From IMG/VR virus record IMGVR_UViG_3300010396_000038, positions 204 to 64,203 of that record: a DNA stretch of 64,000 nt. The stretch is one strand, 5' to 3'. Shown piece by piece: positions 8,805 through 17,562 of this stretch; positions within the stretch are counted from its first letter, which is position 1, and every line of letters starts with the position of its first letter. A program made the translations under genes and the position numbers. The DNA comes from a virus. The notes beneath the pieces are model-generated. The model ran no database searches and had not been told where the DNA came from. It saw only the letters and a list, made by a program, of their open reading frames with translations.

Positions 8805-9495
8805 CGACGGGCTCGGTGACCGCATCAAGCGGTACGAGAACGCGTACAGGCACCACCTGACGCCGAGGTCGTGCGTGGCGGTGCGGGTGGACGGGCGCGC
8901 GTTCCACACCTGGACCAAGCGGTGCGACCGCCCGTTCGACGACAGGCTTCACCGGGCCATGGTGCACGCCACGCGGGCGACGATCGGCGAGATGCAGGGC
9001 GTCAAGCTGGCCTACACCCAGTCGGACGAGGCGTCGTTCCTGCTGACCGACTTCGACACGCACGAGACTCAGGGGTGGTTCGGGTACAACCTGCAGAAGC
9101 TGGCGTCGGTCTCGGCGTCGGCGTTCACCGCGCACTTCAACCAGGCGACGCTGCCCTGGGCCTCGAGGACGCCGGGGCCGGCGACGTTCGACGCCCGCGC
9201 CTTCGTGGTGCCGACGGACGACGCGCCCAACGCGTTCGTCTGGCGGCAGCGGGACTGGGAGCGGAACAGCGTCCAGATGCTTGCGAGGTCGCGGTACTCG
9301 CACGCGGAGCTCCACGGGCTGTCCGCGGACGACGTCAAGCTGGCGCTGACCGCCGACGGGACGCCCTGGGAGGACCTGCCCGACCGGCACAGGCACGGCA
9401 CCTTCGTGACCAGGGACGGCGACGAGATCTGCCGGCGGCTGGAGTACGATGAGATATCGAGGCTGTGCAGCCCGAACCCAGAGGAGGAGTCTTGA
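8797..9495 (+). CDS. Thg1-like protein (tRNA-His guanylyltransferase family, 3'-5' nucleotide polymerase)
   Basis: N-terminal RIKRYE..VAVRVDGRAFHTWTK matches the Thg1 FEYVRxFE..VVRxDGRxFHxFxK. Conserved acidic SDE motif present. GTG start. Confidence 0.7.
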   Translation: MSSDGLGDRIKRYENAYRHHLTPRSCVAVRVDGRAFHTWTKRCDRPFDDRLHRAMVHATRATIGEMQGVKLAYTQSDEASFLLTDFDTHETQGWFGYNLQKLASVSASAFTAHFNQATLPWASRTPGPATFDARAFVVPTDDAPNAFVWRQRDWERNSVQMLARSRYSHAELHGLSADDVKLALTADGTPWEDLPDRHRHGTFVTRDGDEICRRLEYDEISRLCSPNPEEES

Positions 9496-10409
9496 CGATC
9501 AACAGGTCCGGCCAGACGTTCGCGCTCATGGAGGCGCACGACTTCAGCGCGCACGACGTGGGCCGGTTCGCGGTCGAGCGGCAGACGATCTGGCACAAGC
9601 GCACGATCCTCGGCGAGCCCGGGCCGTGGACGGAGGACCCGGCGCTCCAGAGGTTCCACTTCTGCAACGTGCAGCGCGACCTGGACCGAGGGACGGTCTA
9701 CCTCGCGACGCAGCTCGCGGCGCACGCGGGCGCCCCGCGGGCGGAGAGGCTGCTGAACACGGCGATGTACAGGCAGCTGAACAGGCGCGACCTCTGGGAG
9801 TCGGGGGCCGCCGGCTGGATCGCGCCCACCGCCGACGGCGTGCTGGGCGCGTGCGAGGCGCTGGAACGACACCGGCAGGCGGGCAACTCGATCGGCCCCA
9901 CGTCGTGGATGCCGTCGACCGGCACCGTCTCGGGCTGCCTCCGGGAGGTCGGCCTCGGCGTCGTCGAGCACCTGGGCGAGCTGGACGAGCTGTGCGACTC
10001 CGTCACCGACGGCTCCCTCGAGCCGGTGCAGAAGTACATGAAGAAGAACTGCCGGCGCCTGACGGGCATGGTCGGGTTCCAGGTGTGCCTGGACCTGACG
10101 TACACCTACCCGAACCTCTCGGACGACGTCTGGGTGTGGCTGTACGGCGGCCACGAGGACACCGGCTCGCACTGGACCGCGCGCCGGCTGCGCCCCGACA
10201 TGACCACGCTGGAGTGCTGCCGGTGGCTCAGGGACACGCAGGACGCGTGGCTGGCGCCGCACGGCTGGGGCGACGTCGCGTGGGAGGGCAAGCCGAGGCT
10301 GTCCCTGGCGGACGTGGAGCACCTGCTGTGCGAGTACAGGAAGTGGGTGCGGGCGACCCTCACCAGGGGCGCGAAGCGCAAGTACCGCGGGCTCGGGGAG
10401 GGGTCGTGA
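9492..10409 (+). CDS. hypothetical protein, possibly aGPT-pyrophosphorylase-like DNA base-modification enzyme
   Basis: TTG start with RBS GAGGAGGAG and a TTGA overlap. Conserved-looking block EPGPWTEDPALQRFHFCNVQRDLDRGTVYL. Family assignment comes from memory only. Confidence 0.3.
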   Translation: MTINRSGQTFALMEAHDFSAHDVGRFAVERQTIWHKRTILGEPGPWTEDPALQRFHFCNVQRDLDRGTVYLATQLAAHAGAPRAERLLNTAMYRQLNRRDLWESGAAGWIAPTADGVLGACEALERHRQAGNSIGPTSWMPSTGTVSGCLREVGLGVVEHLGELDELCDSVTDGSLEPVQKYMKKNCRRLTGMVGFQVCLDLTYTYPNLSDDVWVWLYGGHEDTGSHWTARRLRPDMTTLECCRWLRDTQDAWLAPHGWGDVAWEGKPRLSLADVEHLLCEYRKWVRATLTRGAKRKYRGLGEGS

Positions 10410-10549
10410 CGAGCAAGGCGCTGATTAGGCTGACGGGCGCGACGGTGGAGGCGGCGAGCCTCCACGGCGGCGCGCTCATCCTCAAGCTGGACAACGGGTC
10501 GACGGTCAAGGTCTCGGGCGAGAACCTGGTCGTCGTGGAGCAGCGGTGA
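10406..10549 (+). CDS. hypothetical protein (47 aa)
   Basis: GTGA overlap start; high GC3. Confidence 0.35.
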   Translation: MTSKALIRLTGATVEAASLHGGALILKLDNGSTVKVSGENLVVVEQR

Positions 10550-10728
10550 AGGCCGAGGAGCGGGAGCGGCTCATGAAGCTGCTCCGCGGGCTCATGCGGT
10601 GCGAGAACATGGGCGACCTGCACGAGCAGATCAACCTCCTGTGCGCGGTCCTGCACCTGCGCAAGCCGGAGGGCAACTTCATGGACGGCTGGTCCGTCGA
10701 CGACTGGAAGCGGGCGAGGAGCGGGTGA
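10546..10728 (+). CDS. hypothetical protein (60 aa)
   Basis: GTGA overlap start. Confidence 0.4.
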   Translation: MKAEERERLMKLLRGLMRCENMGDLHEQINLLCAVLHLRKPEGNFMDGWSVDDWKRARSG

Positions 10729-10807
10729 GCGGCGGCGACTGGGCGATCCTGGTCTCGCTGCTGGTGATCCTCGTCCTGTTCGCGGCGGCGCAGGGGACGG
10801 GCCGGCG

Positions 10808-11284
10808 ATGAGGTACGTGATCTCGCTCGACCCGGGCAAGGACACCGGGATCTGCACCTGGCGCAAGGGCGGCCACCACGACGCGTGGTACGTCCCGTAC
10901 GACGAGGCGCTGGAGTGGGCGGTCGCGGAGATCAGCTCCGACGGCTTCCCGGACCTGGTGGTGGTCGAGGACTTCGTGATCTCCGAGCGGACCGTGAGGT
11001 CCAGCTCCGCCGGCTGGCGTCGCGGCGTCGAGCTGGAGTTCATCGGCGTGGTCCGGTGGATGTGCAGGTGGCACGACGTGGAGTTCCAGCTCCAGAGACC
11101 GGACGAGGTGATGTCGTTCTCCACCGACGCCAAGCTCAGGGCGATGGGTTGGTGGACCAAGGGCAAGGACCACAGCCGGGCGGCGTCACGGCACATGCTC
11201 AGGGCGCTGGTCCTGAGAGGCGTGATAAGCCCGTCCGAGCTCGCCGGCAAGCTCTCGGTAGAGTCCGCAGCGACGATTTACTAG
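10808..11284 (+). CDS. RuvC-like Holliday junction resolvase
   Basis: N-terminal ISLDPGKDTGICTW matches the RuvC GIDPGxxxxG fold. Acidic VVVEDF motif present. ATGA overlap start. Confidence 0.6.
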   Translation: MRYVISLDPGKDTGICTWRKGGHHDAWYVPYDEALEWAVAEISSDGFPDLVVVEDFVISERTVRSSSAGWRRGVELEFIGVVRWMCRWHDVEFQLQRPDEVMSFSTDAKLRAMGWWTKGKDHSRAASRHMLRALVLRGVISPSELAGKLSVESAATIY

Positions 11285-11299
11285 ACGAGGAGGTACCCC

Positions 11300-13081
11300 T
11301 TGGCGCTTGCCAGGATCCAGGGCGACAGGATCGTCCTCGAGTCGGAGTGGCGGGAGCGGGAGCTGTGCAAGATGGTCCCCGGCTGCAAGTGGGACGAGGC
11401 GGCGCGACTGTGGTGGGCGCCGCTGTCGTGGGCGACCTGCGTCGCGCTGCGCGGCGTGTTCGAGGAGCACCTCGAGATCGGCCCGGACCTGAACGCGTGG
11501 GCCGCCACGCAGGTCGAGGAGCGCGTCCGGCCGTGCATGGAGCTCAGGCAGGCCTCCGAGACCGACACCCCGGTGTACGGCAGCGCCGTCTCCGAGCCGA
11601 GGCCGGCGCCCGGGCCCGACGACCTCTTCCTCGAGCCGCGGCAGGCGGTCGCGGTGGAGTTCCTCGCCACGGCGCGCAGGGCGCTGCTCGGCGATGGCAT
11701 GGGCTCCGGCAAGACGATCGAGGCCATCTGCGCGGTCGAGGAGCTGGCGGTCCGCGAGGGCGCCGAGGCCGTCTTCCCGTGCCTCGTGGTCTGCAACAAC
11801 TCGATGGTCTACGGGTGGGAGGAGGAGCTCAACAAGTGGGCGCCCCACCGCTCGACCGCCGTCCTCAAGGGCGGCGCCGCCACGAGGCGCAAGCTGATTG
11901 AGTCTGGGCCGGACTACCTGGTGATCAACTGGGAGAGCCTGGCCGCGCACACGCGGCTCGCGGGCTACGGCTCGATCGCCCTCTCCGACAAGGAGAAGGA
12001 GCCGAAGGAGTTCAACGCGGCCGGGATCAGGACCGTCGTGGCCGACGAGGCGCACCGCGCCAAGAACCCCAAGGCCAAGCAGACGCGCGCCTGGTGGTGG
12101 GTCAGCTGGGAGGCGGACAACTCGATCGCCATGAGCGGCACGCCGACGGACAAGACGCCGGAGAGCCTCTGGTCGATCATGCACGGCGTGGCGCCCGACG
12201 AGTGGCCGGCCAAGAGCCCGTGGGTCGACAGGTACTGCACCAAGTCGTGGGGGTACTTCGGCGGGCTCGAGGTCAACGGGCTGCGCGGCGACACGCGCGA
12301 GGAGCTCTACAAGTACCTCGACCCCAGGTTCATCCGCAGGCCGACTCAGGTGGTCTGCCCGGACATCGCGGAGAAGCTCCCGCCCCAGATCAGGTACGTG
12401 GACCTGCCGCCGAAGCAGCGCAGGGCGTACGACGCGATGAAGAAGGAGATGCTCGCGGAGCTGGAGGCCGGCGTCCTGCTGGCGACCGACCCGATCACGA
12501 AGCTCCTCCGGCTCCACCAGCTGGCGTCGGCGTACGGCGAGGTGGTCGAGGAGACCGTCGACGAGCACGGCAAGCTCCGCCAGACCTACAGGATGGAGGA
12601 CCCGTCGGTCAAGGCCGACGCGCTCCTGGACCTGGTCGAGGAGCTCGACGAGGACCCGGCCGTGATCTTCGCCAGGCACCGGCAGCTGATCGACGTGTGC
12701 GCTGCCAGGCTGGAGAAGGCCGGCGTGCCGTACGGGCTGCTCACGGGCGCCGTGACGCCCCTGGACCGCGCGCAGAACGTGCAGCGGTTCCAGGCCGGCG
12801 AGCTCCCGATCATGCTGTGCACGCTCGGCGCCGGCGCGGAGTCGGTCACGCTGACGCGGGCCCGCCACGTGGGGTTCCTGCAGCGGGGCTCGCTGCTCCA
12901 GAACAAGCAGGCCGAGGACCGGGTGTGGCGCCGGGGCCAGGACAGGCCCGTGCAGCCGATCATCTGGGTGGCCCGGAACACCGTCGAGGAGGCCGTGATC
13001 GAGCGCGGGGGCGACGCCGAGGAGGCGTTCCAGGACGTGGTGCGCGACGAGGAGACCCTGAGGAGGATGCTGACGACATGA
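11300..13081 (+). CDS. SNF2/DEAD-like superfamily 2 helicase
   Basis: Walker A DGMGSGKT, DEAH box (VVADEAHR), and a C-terminal helicase domain with QRxGRxxR-like RVWRRGQ. TTG start with RBS GAGGAGG. Confidence 0.85.
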   Translation: MALARIQGDRIVLESEWRERELCKMVPGCKWDEAARLWWAPLSWATCVALRGVFEEHLEIGPDLNAWAATQVEERVRPCMELRQASETDTPVYGSAVSEPRPAPGPDDLFLEPRQAVAVEFLATARRALLGDGMGSGKTIEAICAVEELAVREGAEAVFPCLVVCNNSMVYGWEEELNKWAPHRSTAVLKGGAATRRKLIESGPDYLVINWESLAAHTRLAGYGSIALSDKEKEPKEFNAAGIRTVVADEAHRAKNPKAKQTRAWWWVSWEADNSIAMSGTPTDKTPESLWSIMHGVAPDEWPAKSPWVDRYCTKSWGYFGGLEVNGLRGDTREELYKYLDPRFIRRPTQVVCPDIAEKLPPQIRYVDLPPKQRRAYDAMKKEMLAELEAGVLLATDPITKLLRLHQLASAYGEVVEETVDEHGKLRQTYRMEDPSVKADALLDLVEELDEDPAVIFARHRQLIDVCAARLEKAGVPYGLLTGAVTPLDRAQNVQRFQAGELPIMLCTLGAGAESVTLTRARHVGFLQRGSLLQNKQAEDRVWRRGQDRPVQPIIWVARNTVEEAVIERGGDAEEAFQDVVRDEETLRRMLTT

Positions 13082-13254
13082 GGGACGACCTGAAGGACCT
13101 GGGGCTGTACGCGCTGGGATCCGCCTACGGCGTGTGCGTCGGGCTCACCGCCGTCGAGGGCGGCGTCGGGTGGACGGTCGCGGGAGTCGCGACCGGGCTC
13201 CTGTCCATCGGGTACGTGATCGCCGTCAGGTGGGGCGACGATGACGAGGGCTAG
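13078..13254 (+). CDS. small membrane protein (58 aa)
   Basis: ATGA overlap start; Gly/Ala-rich TM segments. Confidence 0.4.
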   Translation: MRDDLKDLGLYALGSAYGVCVGLTAVEGGVGWTVAGVATGLLSIGYVIAVRWGDDDEG

Positions 13255-13417
13255 CTCCGCGCGCGTCTGGTTCGTGGTGATGCTCGCCTGCGCGGGGCTG
13301 TGGACGGTCGTGGGAGTGGTCACGCGCGAGGACGGGACGCTGCACTTCCTCGACGGCCTGATCGCCGGAGTAATGTTGATGAACGCCGGGAGGGAGCTCA
13401 GCCGTGTCCGTCGATAG
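13241..13417 (+). CDS. small membrane protein (58 aa)
   Basis: ATGA-type overlap; hydrophobic core VWFVVMLACAGLWTVVGVV. Below the ORF-track cutoff. Confidence 0.35.
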   Translation: MTRASSARVWFVVMLACAGLWTVVGVVTREDGTLHFLDGLIAGVMLMNAGRELSRVRR

Positions 13418-13625
13418 CTCGACTGAGCGCGCGTACGGCCCGACCACGCCGGAGGACGTCGCGCGGCTGCGCAAGGTCTACCCCGTGGAGACCGCGGGGC
13501 GCACGGACGAGTACCTGGCACAGGTGATCGAGGGCGCCAAGGACTGGATCGGGCAGATCAAGTGGTCCTGGACGGTCGTGGCCAGCAGCCACCTACGGAC
13601 CGGGAGGTACAGCCAAAATGGCTAG
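13404..13625 (+). CDS. hypothetical protein (73 aa)
   Basis: GTG start overlapping the upstream gene; high GC3. Confidence 0.4.
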   Translation: MSVDSSTERAYGPTTPEDVARLRKVYPVETAGRTDEYLAQVIEGAKDWIGQIKWSWTVVASSHLRTGRYSQNG

Positions 13626-14661
13626 GGTCGACGTCGAGCGCCTGGACGCGCTCGTGGGCGAGGGCTGGCTCAAGGTCCAGCACCACCCAGAGTTCCCGCT
13701 CAGGATCTACAACTACACGGCGCAGACGCAGTTCAAGCGGCACTGGACGGACCTGACGGTCATGTGCCGCGGGCTGATCGTCACGGACGGCGGCCACGTG
13801 GTCGCGAGGCCGTTCCCCAAGTTCTTCAACCACGACGAGGTCGACGGCCTCCCGGACGAGCCGTTCACCGTGACGGAGAAGCTCGACGGCTCGCTCGGGA
13901 TCATGTTCCCGGGGCCGGACGAGGAGCTCCACGTCGCGTCGCGCGGCAGCTTCGTCTCGGAGCAGGCCAGGATGGGCTCGATCATGCTCGAGGAGTACCT
14001 CGACGAGCACGGCGAGCTCCGCTGGCGCGCCGGCACGACGACGCTGTTCGAGATCATCTACCCGGAGAACCGGATCGTGGTCGACTACGGGGGACGGCGG
14101 GAGCTGGTGTACCTGGCCACGATCGACAACGAGACGGGCGACGACGCCCCGCCCGAGCTGGAGACGCGGTGGGAGGGCGCCAGGGCCCGGACGTACGACT
14201 CGGACGACATCGAGGCGCTCTCGCGGCTGACGGCCCCGAACAGCGAGGGCTTCGTGGCGCGGTTCTCGTCGGGCCTGCGGGTCAAGATCAAGCTGGACGA
14301 GTACGTGCGGCTGCACAGGCTCCGCTCCCAGCTGTCCGCGAGGTACGTCTGGGACTGCCTCAGGAACGGCGAGGACGTCGTCGGCGTGATCGGGCACCTG
14401 CCCGACGAGGTCTACGGGGAGGTGATCAGGGTCCGCGACGAGATCCAGGCGGAGCACGACCTGCTAGTCAAGCGGTGCCGCGCGGTCTTCGAGGGCCGGC
14501 CGACGGCCGACCGAAAGGGGACGGCGCTGTACTTCATAGGGTCGAGGGCCTGCACGAGCGTGCTGTTCGCCATGCTCGACGGTAAGCCGTGGGAGGACCT
14601 GGCGTGGCGCCAGGTCGAGCCCGAGCACAAACCTATCTGGGAGGACGCGGAGTGGGACTGA
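13618..14661 (+). CDS. RNA ligase, T4 Rnl1 family (tRNA repair ligase)
   Basis: RIYNYTAQ..CRGLIV..ARPFPKFFNHDE..TEKLDGSLGIMF aligns with T4 Rnl1 RIFSYNYAS..CRGIMFE..SRPMEKFFNLNE..TKEDGSLVS, including the nucleotidyltransferase motif I lysine. Confidence 0.8.
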   Translation: MARVDVERLDALVGEGWLKVQHHPEFPLRIYNYTAQTQFKRHWTDLTVMCRGLIVTDGGHVVARPFPKFFNHDEVDGLPDEPFTVTEKLDGSLGIMFPGPDEELHVASRGSFVSEQARMGSIMLEEYLDEHGELRWRAGTTTLFEIIYPENRIVVDYGGRRELVYLATIDNETGDDAPPELETRWEGARARTYDSDDIEALSRLTAPNSEGFVARFSSGLRVKIKLDEYVRLHRLRSQLSARYVWDCLRNGEDVVGVIGHLPDEVYGEVIRVRDEIQAEHDLLVKRCRAVFEGRPTADRKGTALYFIGSRACTSVLFAMLDGKPWEDLAWRQVEPEHKPIWEDAEWD

Positions 14662-15161
14662 TACTTGTAGACGTCGAGGCCACCGGCATCTCGCCGCACG
14701 GCGGGGTCATGACGGAGTTCGGCGCGGTCGAGTTCAAGAGCAGGGCGACGTACCACGGCGTGCTGTGGGACGCGGAGCCGGACCCGGAGAACCCCGCCAA
14801 GCCGCGGCTGCTGGAGAGACAGCGCCCGGAGCACAAGCAGTTCGAGCACGAGCACGACGTCATGTCGGCCTTCGAGGGGTGGCTGGGCCGGGTCACGAAG
14901 GGCCGGCCGATCTTCGTGTCGGACAACCCGGCGTACGACTTCATGTGGGTCGCGTGCTACTTCGACAAGACGCTCGGGCGGAACCCGTTCGGGCACTCGG
15001 CGAGGCGCATCGGCGACTTCTACGCCGGCCTGTGCGGGGACTTCCAGCAGACACAGAAATGGAAGAGCCTGCGGGTGACCAAGCACGACCACAACCCCGT
15101 GAATGACGCGATGGGCAACGCCGAGGCGCTCGCGGAGCTGATCCACGTGGCGGAGGCATGA
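14652..15161 (+). CDS. DEDD-family 3'-5' exonuclease (DnaQ/RNase T-like)
   Basis: Exo I motif ILVDVEATG; later DNPAYD and HNPVNDA motifs. GTG start overlapping the upstream gene. Confidence 0.7.
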   Translation: MGLILVDVEATGISPHGGVMTEFGAVEFKSRATYHGVLWDAEPDPENPAKPRLLERQRPEHKQFEHEHDVMSAFEGWLGRVTKGRPIFVSDNPAYDFMWVACYFDKTLGRNPFGHSARRIGDFYAGLCGDFQQTQKWKSLRVTKHDHNPVNDAMGNAEALAELIHVAEA

Positions 15162-15349
15162 TGACGCTCGAGGAGTGGCAGGCGGGCGTCACGGGCGTCG
15201 AGCGGGTCGGCGACGGCTACCGCTACGCGAGCGGCGGCGTGACGTACCACGGGACCGTGGCGGCGCTCAGGACGGTCCTGAGGTCGCTGGACGAGCGCGT
15301 GTGGGCGCCGGCGCTTGGACCGGGACGAACGACGAACGGAGAGACATGA
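15158..15349 (+). CDS. hypothetical protein (63 aa)
   Basis: ATGA overlap start. Confidence 0.4.
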   Translation: MMTLEEWQAGVTGVERVGDGYRYASGGVTYHGTVAALRTVLRSLDERVWAPALGPGRTTNGET

Positions 15350-15819
15350 GCACGATCACGCCGCCCAAGGAGGCGGTTCACGGGCGCAAGTCCGTCTTCC
15401 TGGCGGGCGGCATCACGGGCTGTCCGGACTGGCAGACGGACGCCGTCGACATGCTGGAGAGGGAGCACCACAGGGCCGGGATGGCGGGCGTGCCGTTCGA
15501 CGTGTACAACCCGCGGAGGCCGGACTTCGACACGTCCGACCCCGGCATGACGGTGCAGCAGATCCACTGGGAGCACAGGCACCTGCGCAAGGCGGCCGTG
15601 ATCCTGTTCTGGTTCTGCGCCGAGACCCTGCAGCCGATCTCGCTGTACGAACTCGGTGCGTGGTCCATGACGAACAAGCCGATCGTGGTGGGCTCGCACC
15701 CGGACTACCCGCGCCGGCAGGACGTGGTGATCCAGACGATGCTGTCGCGGCCGGACGCCTACGTCATAGGCGACCTGGAGGAGACCGTGCGGCTGGCCGA
15801 GAGGACGCTGCTCACGTGA
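15346..15819 (+). CDS. nucleoside 2-deoxyribosyltransferase-like / DNPH1-like protein
   Basis: SVFLAGGITGCPDWQ Rossmann-like N-terminus, typical of the NDT/DNPH1 fold. ATGA overlap start. Confidence 0.45.
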   Translation: MSTITPPKEAVHGRKSVFLAGGITGCPDWQTDAVDMLEREHHRAGMAGVPFDVYNPRRPDFDTSDPGMTVQQIHWEHRHLRKAAVILFWFCAETLQPISLYELGAWSMTNKPIVVGSHPDYPRRQDVVIQTMLSRPDAYVIGDLEETVRLAERTLLT

Positions 15820-16049
15820 TGACGGAGGAGCAGATCGAGGAGACGGCCGCGGCCCTGCGGAGGGACGTGGACCGGCTGGAGCTGGAGAGGCTCAGGGCGC
15901 TCTCGGACAAGGGCGCGTACTTCCTGAGGGTGGCGCGCGACGCGTTCGCCGAGATGGGGCACGGCACCGACGTGACCGACCTGGACGAGTTCCTGGACGA
16001 CGCGCGCGAGGTACACGCGACCCTGACGCGCGCCCTGGTGCGGCCGTGA
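15819..16049 (+). CDS. hypothetical protein (76 aa)
   Basis: Start overlaps the upstream stop (GTGATG). Confidence 0.35.
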   Translation: MTEEQIEETAAALRRDVDRLELERLRALSDKGAYFLRVARDAFAEMGHGTDVTDLDEFLDDAREVHATLTRALVRP

Positions 16050-16169
16050 GCTGGCTGACGAGGTGGCTGCTGACCAGGCTGGTGCGCCTGGCGCGGAGGC
16101 GGGTCGAGAAGCTCACCGCCAGGATTTCGGACCCGGGAGGCCCCCGCCGGGTCTAGTAGTATCTTCTCC

Positions 16170-16673
16170 GTGACGAATAACGGAGAGACCAACCCGAAGG
16201 TCGACGCGGCGACCAGGGACGGCAAGGCGCCGCTCGACCTTCTGGAGAACACGGCCGACGAGGCCATCGCCTGGGCGCTCAAGGACGGCGCGACCAAGTA
16301 CGGGAAGCAGAACTACAGGACGATCCCGATCTACATGTCGACGTACGCGGCGGCGATCCGCCGGCACGTCGGCGCGTGGCTCGACGGCGAGGACGACGCC
16401 GCCGACTCGGGACTGCACCACCTCGCCCACGTCGGGGCGAACCTGCACGTCGTGTTCGGCGCGATGGACGCCGGCACGCTCGTGGACGACCGCGGGCCGC
16501 AGGAGCGGTCCCCGGAGCAGGAGGCCCGCTCGACGGCGTCGAACGGGCAGCACTCCCGCGGACTGGGCGCGGAGGGCTGGAGGGAGCGGCTCTACCCCTG
16601 CGCGGACTGCGGTAAGGTCAAGAACGCGCGGCCGGACATGTACTGCGGCGTGTGCGTGGAGGACTATCAATGA
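16170..16673 (+). CDS. dATP/dGTP diphosphohydrolase N-terminal-domain-like protein
   Basis: KAPLDLLENTADEAIAWALKDGATKYGKQNY resembles the K.R.DL.P..AL..VA.VL..GA.KY..NW signature, recalled from memory. C-terminal CxxC..CxxC. Confidence 0.4.
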   Translation: MTNNGETNPKVDAATRDGKAPLDLLENTADEAIAWALKDGATKYGKQNYRTIPIYMSTYAAAIRRHVGAWLDGEDDAADSGLHHLAHVGANLHVVFGAMDAGTLVDDRGPQERSPEQEARSTASNGQHSRGLGAEGWRERLYPCADCGKVKNARPDMYCGVCVEDYQ

Positions 16674-16861
16674 CGGAGCAAGACCTGCACGACGTCAAGG
16701 GGCTCGTGCACTACCTCAACACGGCGCTCGGCCGGCAGCACGAGGGGCAGGACGTCGAGGCCGAGGTCGTCCTGCACAGCAGGAAGACCGGCGACTGGGT
16801 CGGCCGCGTCGCCTACAACGGCGTGGACCAGTACGTCTTCGTGCCGGGTGACGACCGGTGA
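16670..16861 (+). CDS. hypothetical protein (63 aa)
   Basis: ATGA overlap start. Confidence 0.4.
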   Translation: MTEQDLHDVKGLVHYLNTALGRQHEGQDVEAEVVLHSRKTGDWVGRVAYNGVDQYVFVPGDDR

Positions 16862-17430
16862 GCGAGATCGAGCTGTACTCGGGGGAGTACCTGGACCTCG
16901 AGCGCCCGGACCCGAGGCGGATCAACCTGGACGACATCGCGGTGGGGCTCTCGAGGGAGCACCGGTACGCGGGCCAGTCCAGGCTGCCGTACACGGTCGC
17001 GGAGCACGCGTGCCTCGTCCAGAGGCGAGTGCGCGACGAGGGCGGCACCGCGCTGGACCAGCTGGCGGCGCTCCACCACGACGACTCGGAGGCCCTGATC
17101 AAGGACGTCCCGGCGCCGCTGAAGAGGCTGCTGCCGGAGTACAGGGCGGTCGAGACGCGGGTCATGGCGGCGATCCTTACGGCCCTCGGGCTCGACGGCC
17201 TCGGCGTCGACGACGAGATCGTGCACGACGCGGACATGTGGGCGAGGGCGCAGGAGGCGCACGAGCTCATGCCGTCCAGGGGCGTAGGCGTGCACTGGGA
17301 CCTCGAGTACGTCTGGGACGGCAAGTGGCGGCGCCTCGGTCAGGTGGACGCCGACGACGCGCGGGTCCGGTGGCTCGCGACGCACTACCTGCTGATGGCC
17401 ATGTCCGGCCTGAGAAACGTGGAGGTCTGA
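16858..17430 (+). CDS. HD-domain phosphohydrolase (YfbR-like 5'-deoxynucleotidase family)
   Basis: H..EHA..V and LHHDDSEALIKD HD motifs. GTGA overlap start. Confidence 0.65.
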   Translation: MSEIELYSGEYLDLERPDPRRINLDDIAVGLSREHRYAGQSRLPYTVAEHACLVQRRVRDEGGTALDQLAALHHDDSEALIKDVPAPLKRLLPEYRAVETRVMAAILTALGLDGLGVDDEIVHDADMWARAQEAHELMPSRGVGVHWDLEYVWDGKWRRLGQVDADDARVRWLATHYLLMAMSGLRNVEV

Positions 17431-17562
17431 GTTGAAGATCGTAATCTATCACACGAACGGGCACGCCATCTGGCTCGCGCCGTGGGCGAGGGACGTGTTC
17501 CTGGTCTGCCTCGCGATCTGGGTGTTCCTGGTCGCCCTCTCGATCTGGGCGGAGCTGTCCCG

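Noticed and set aside
10725-10811. Very small ORFs in gaps (28-aa TM peptide 10725..10811, 36-aa 16046..16156, 44-aa TM peptide 17433..17565)
   Set aside because: They fit the GTGA/TTGA overlap chain and may be real micro-proteins. They are too short to support from sequence alone.
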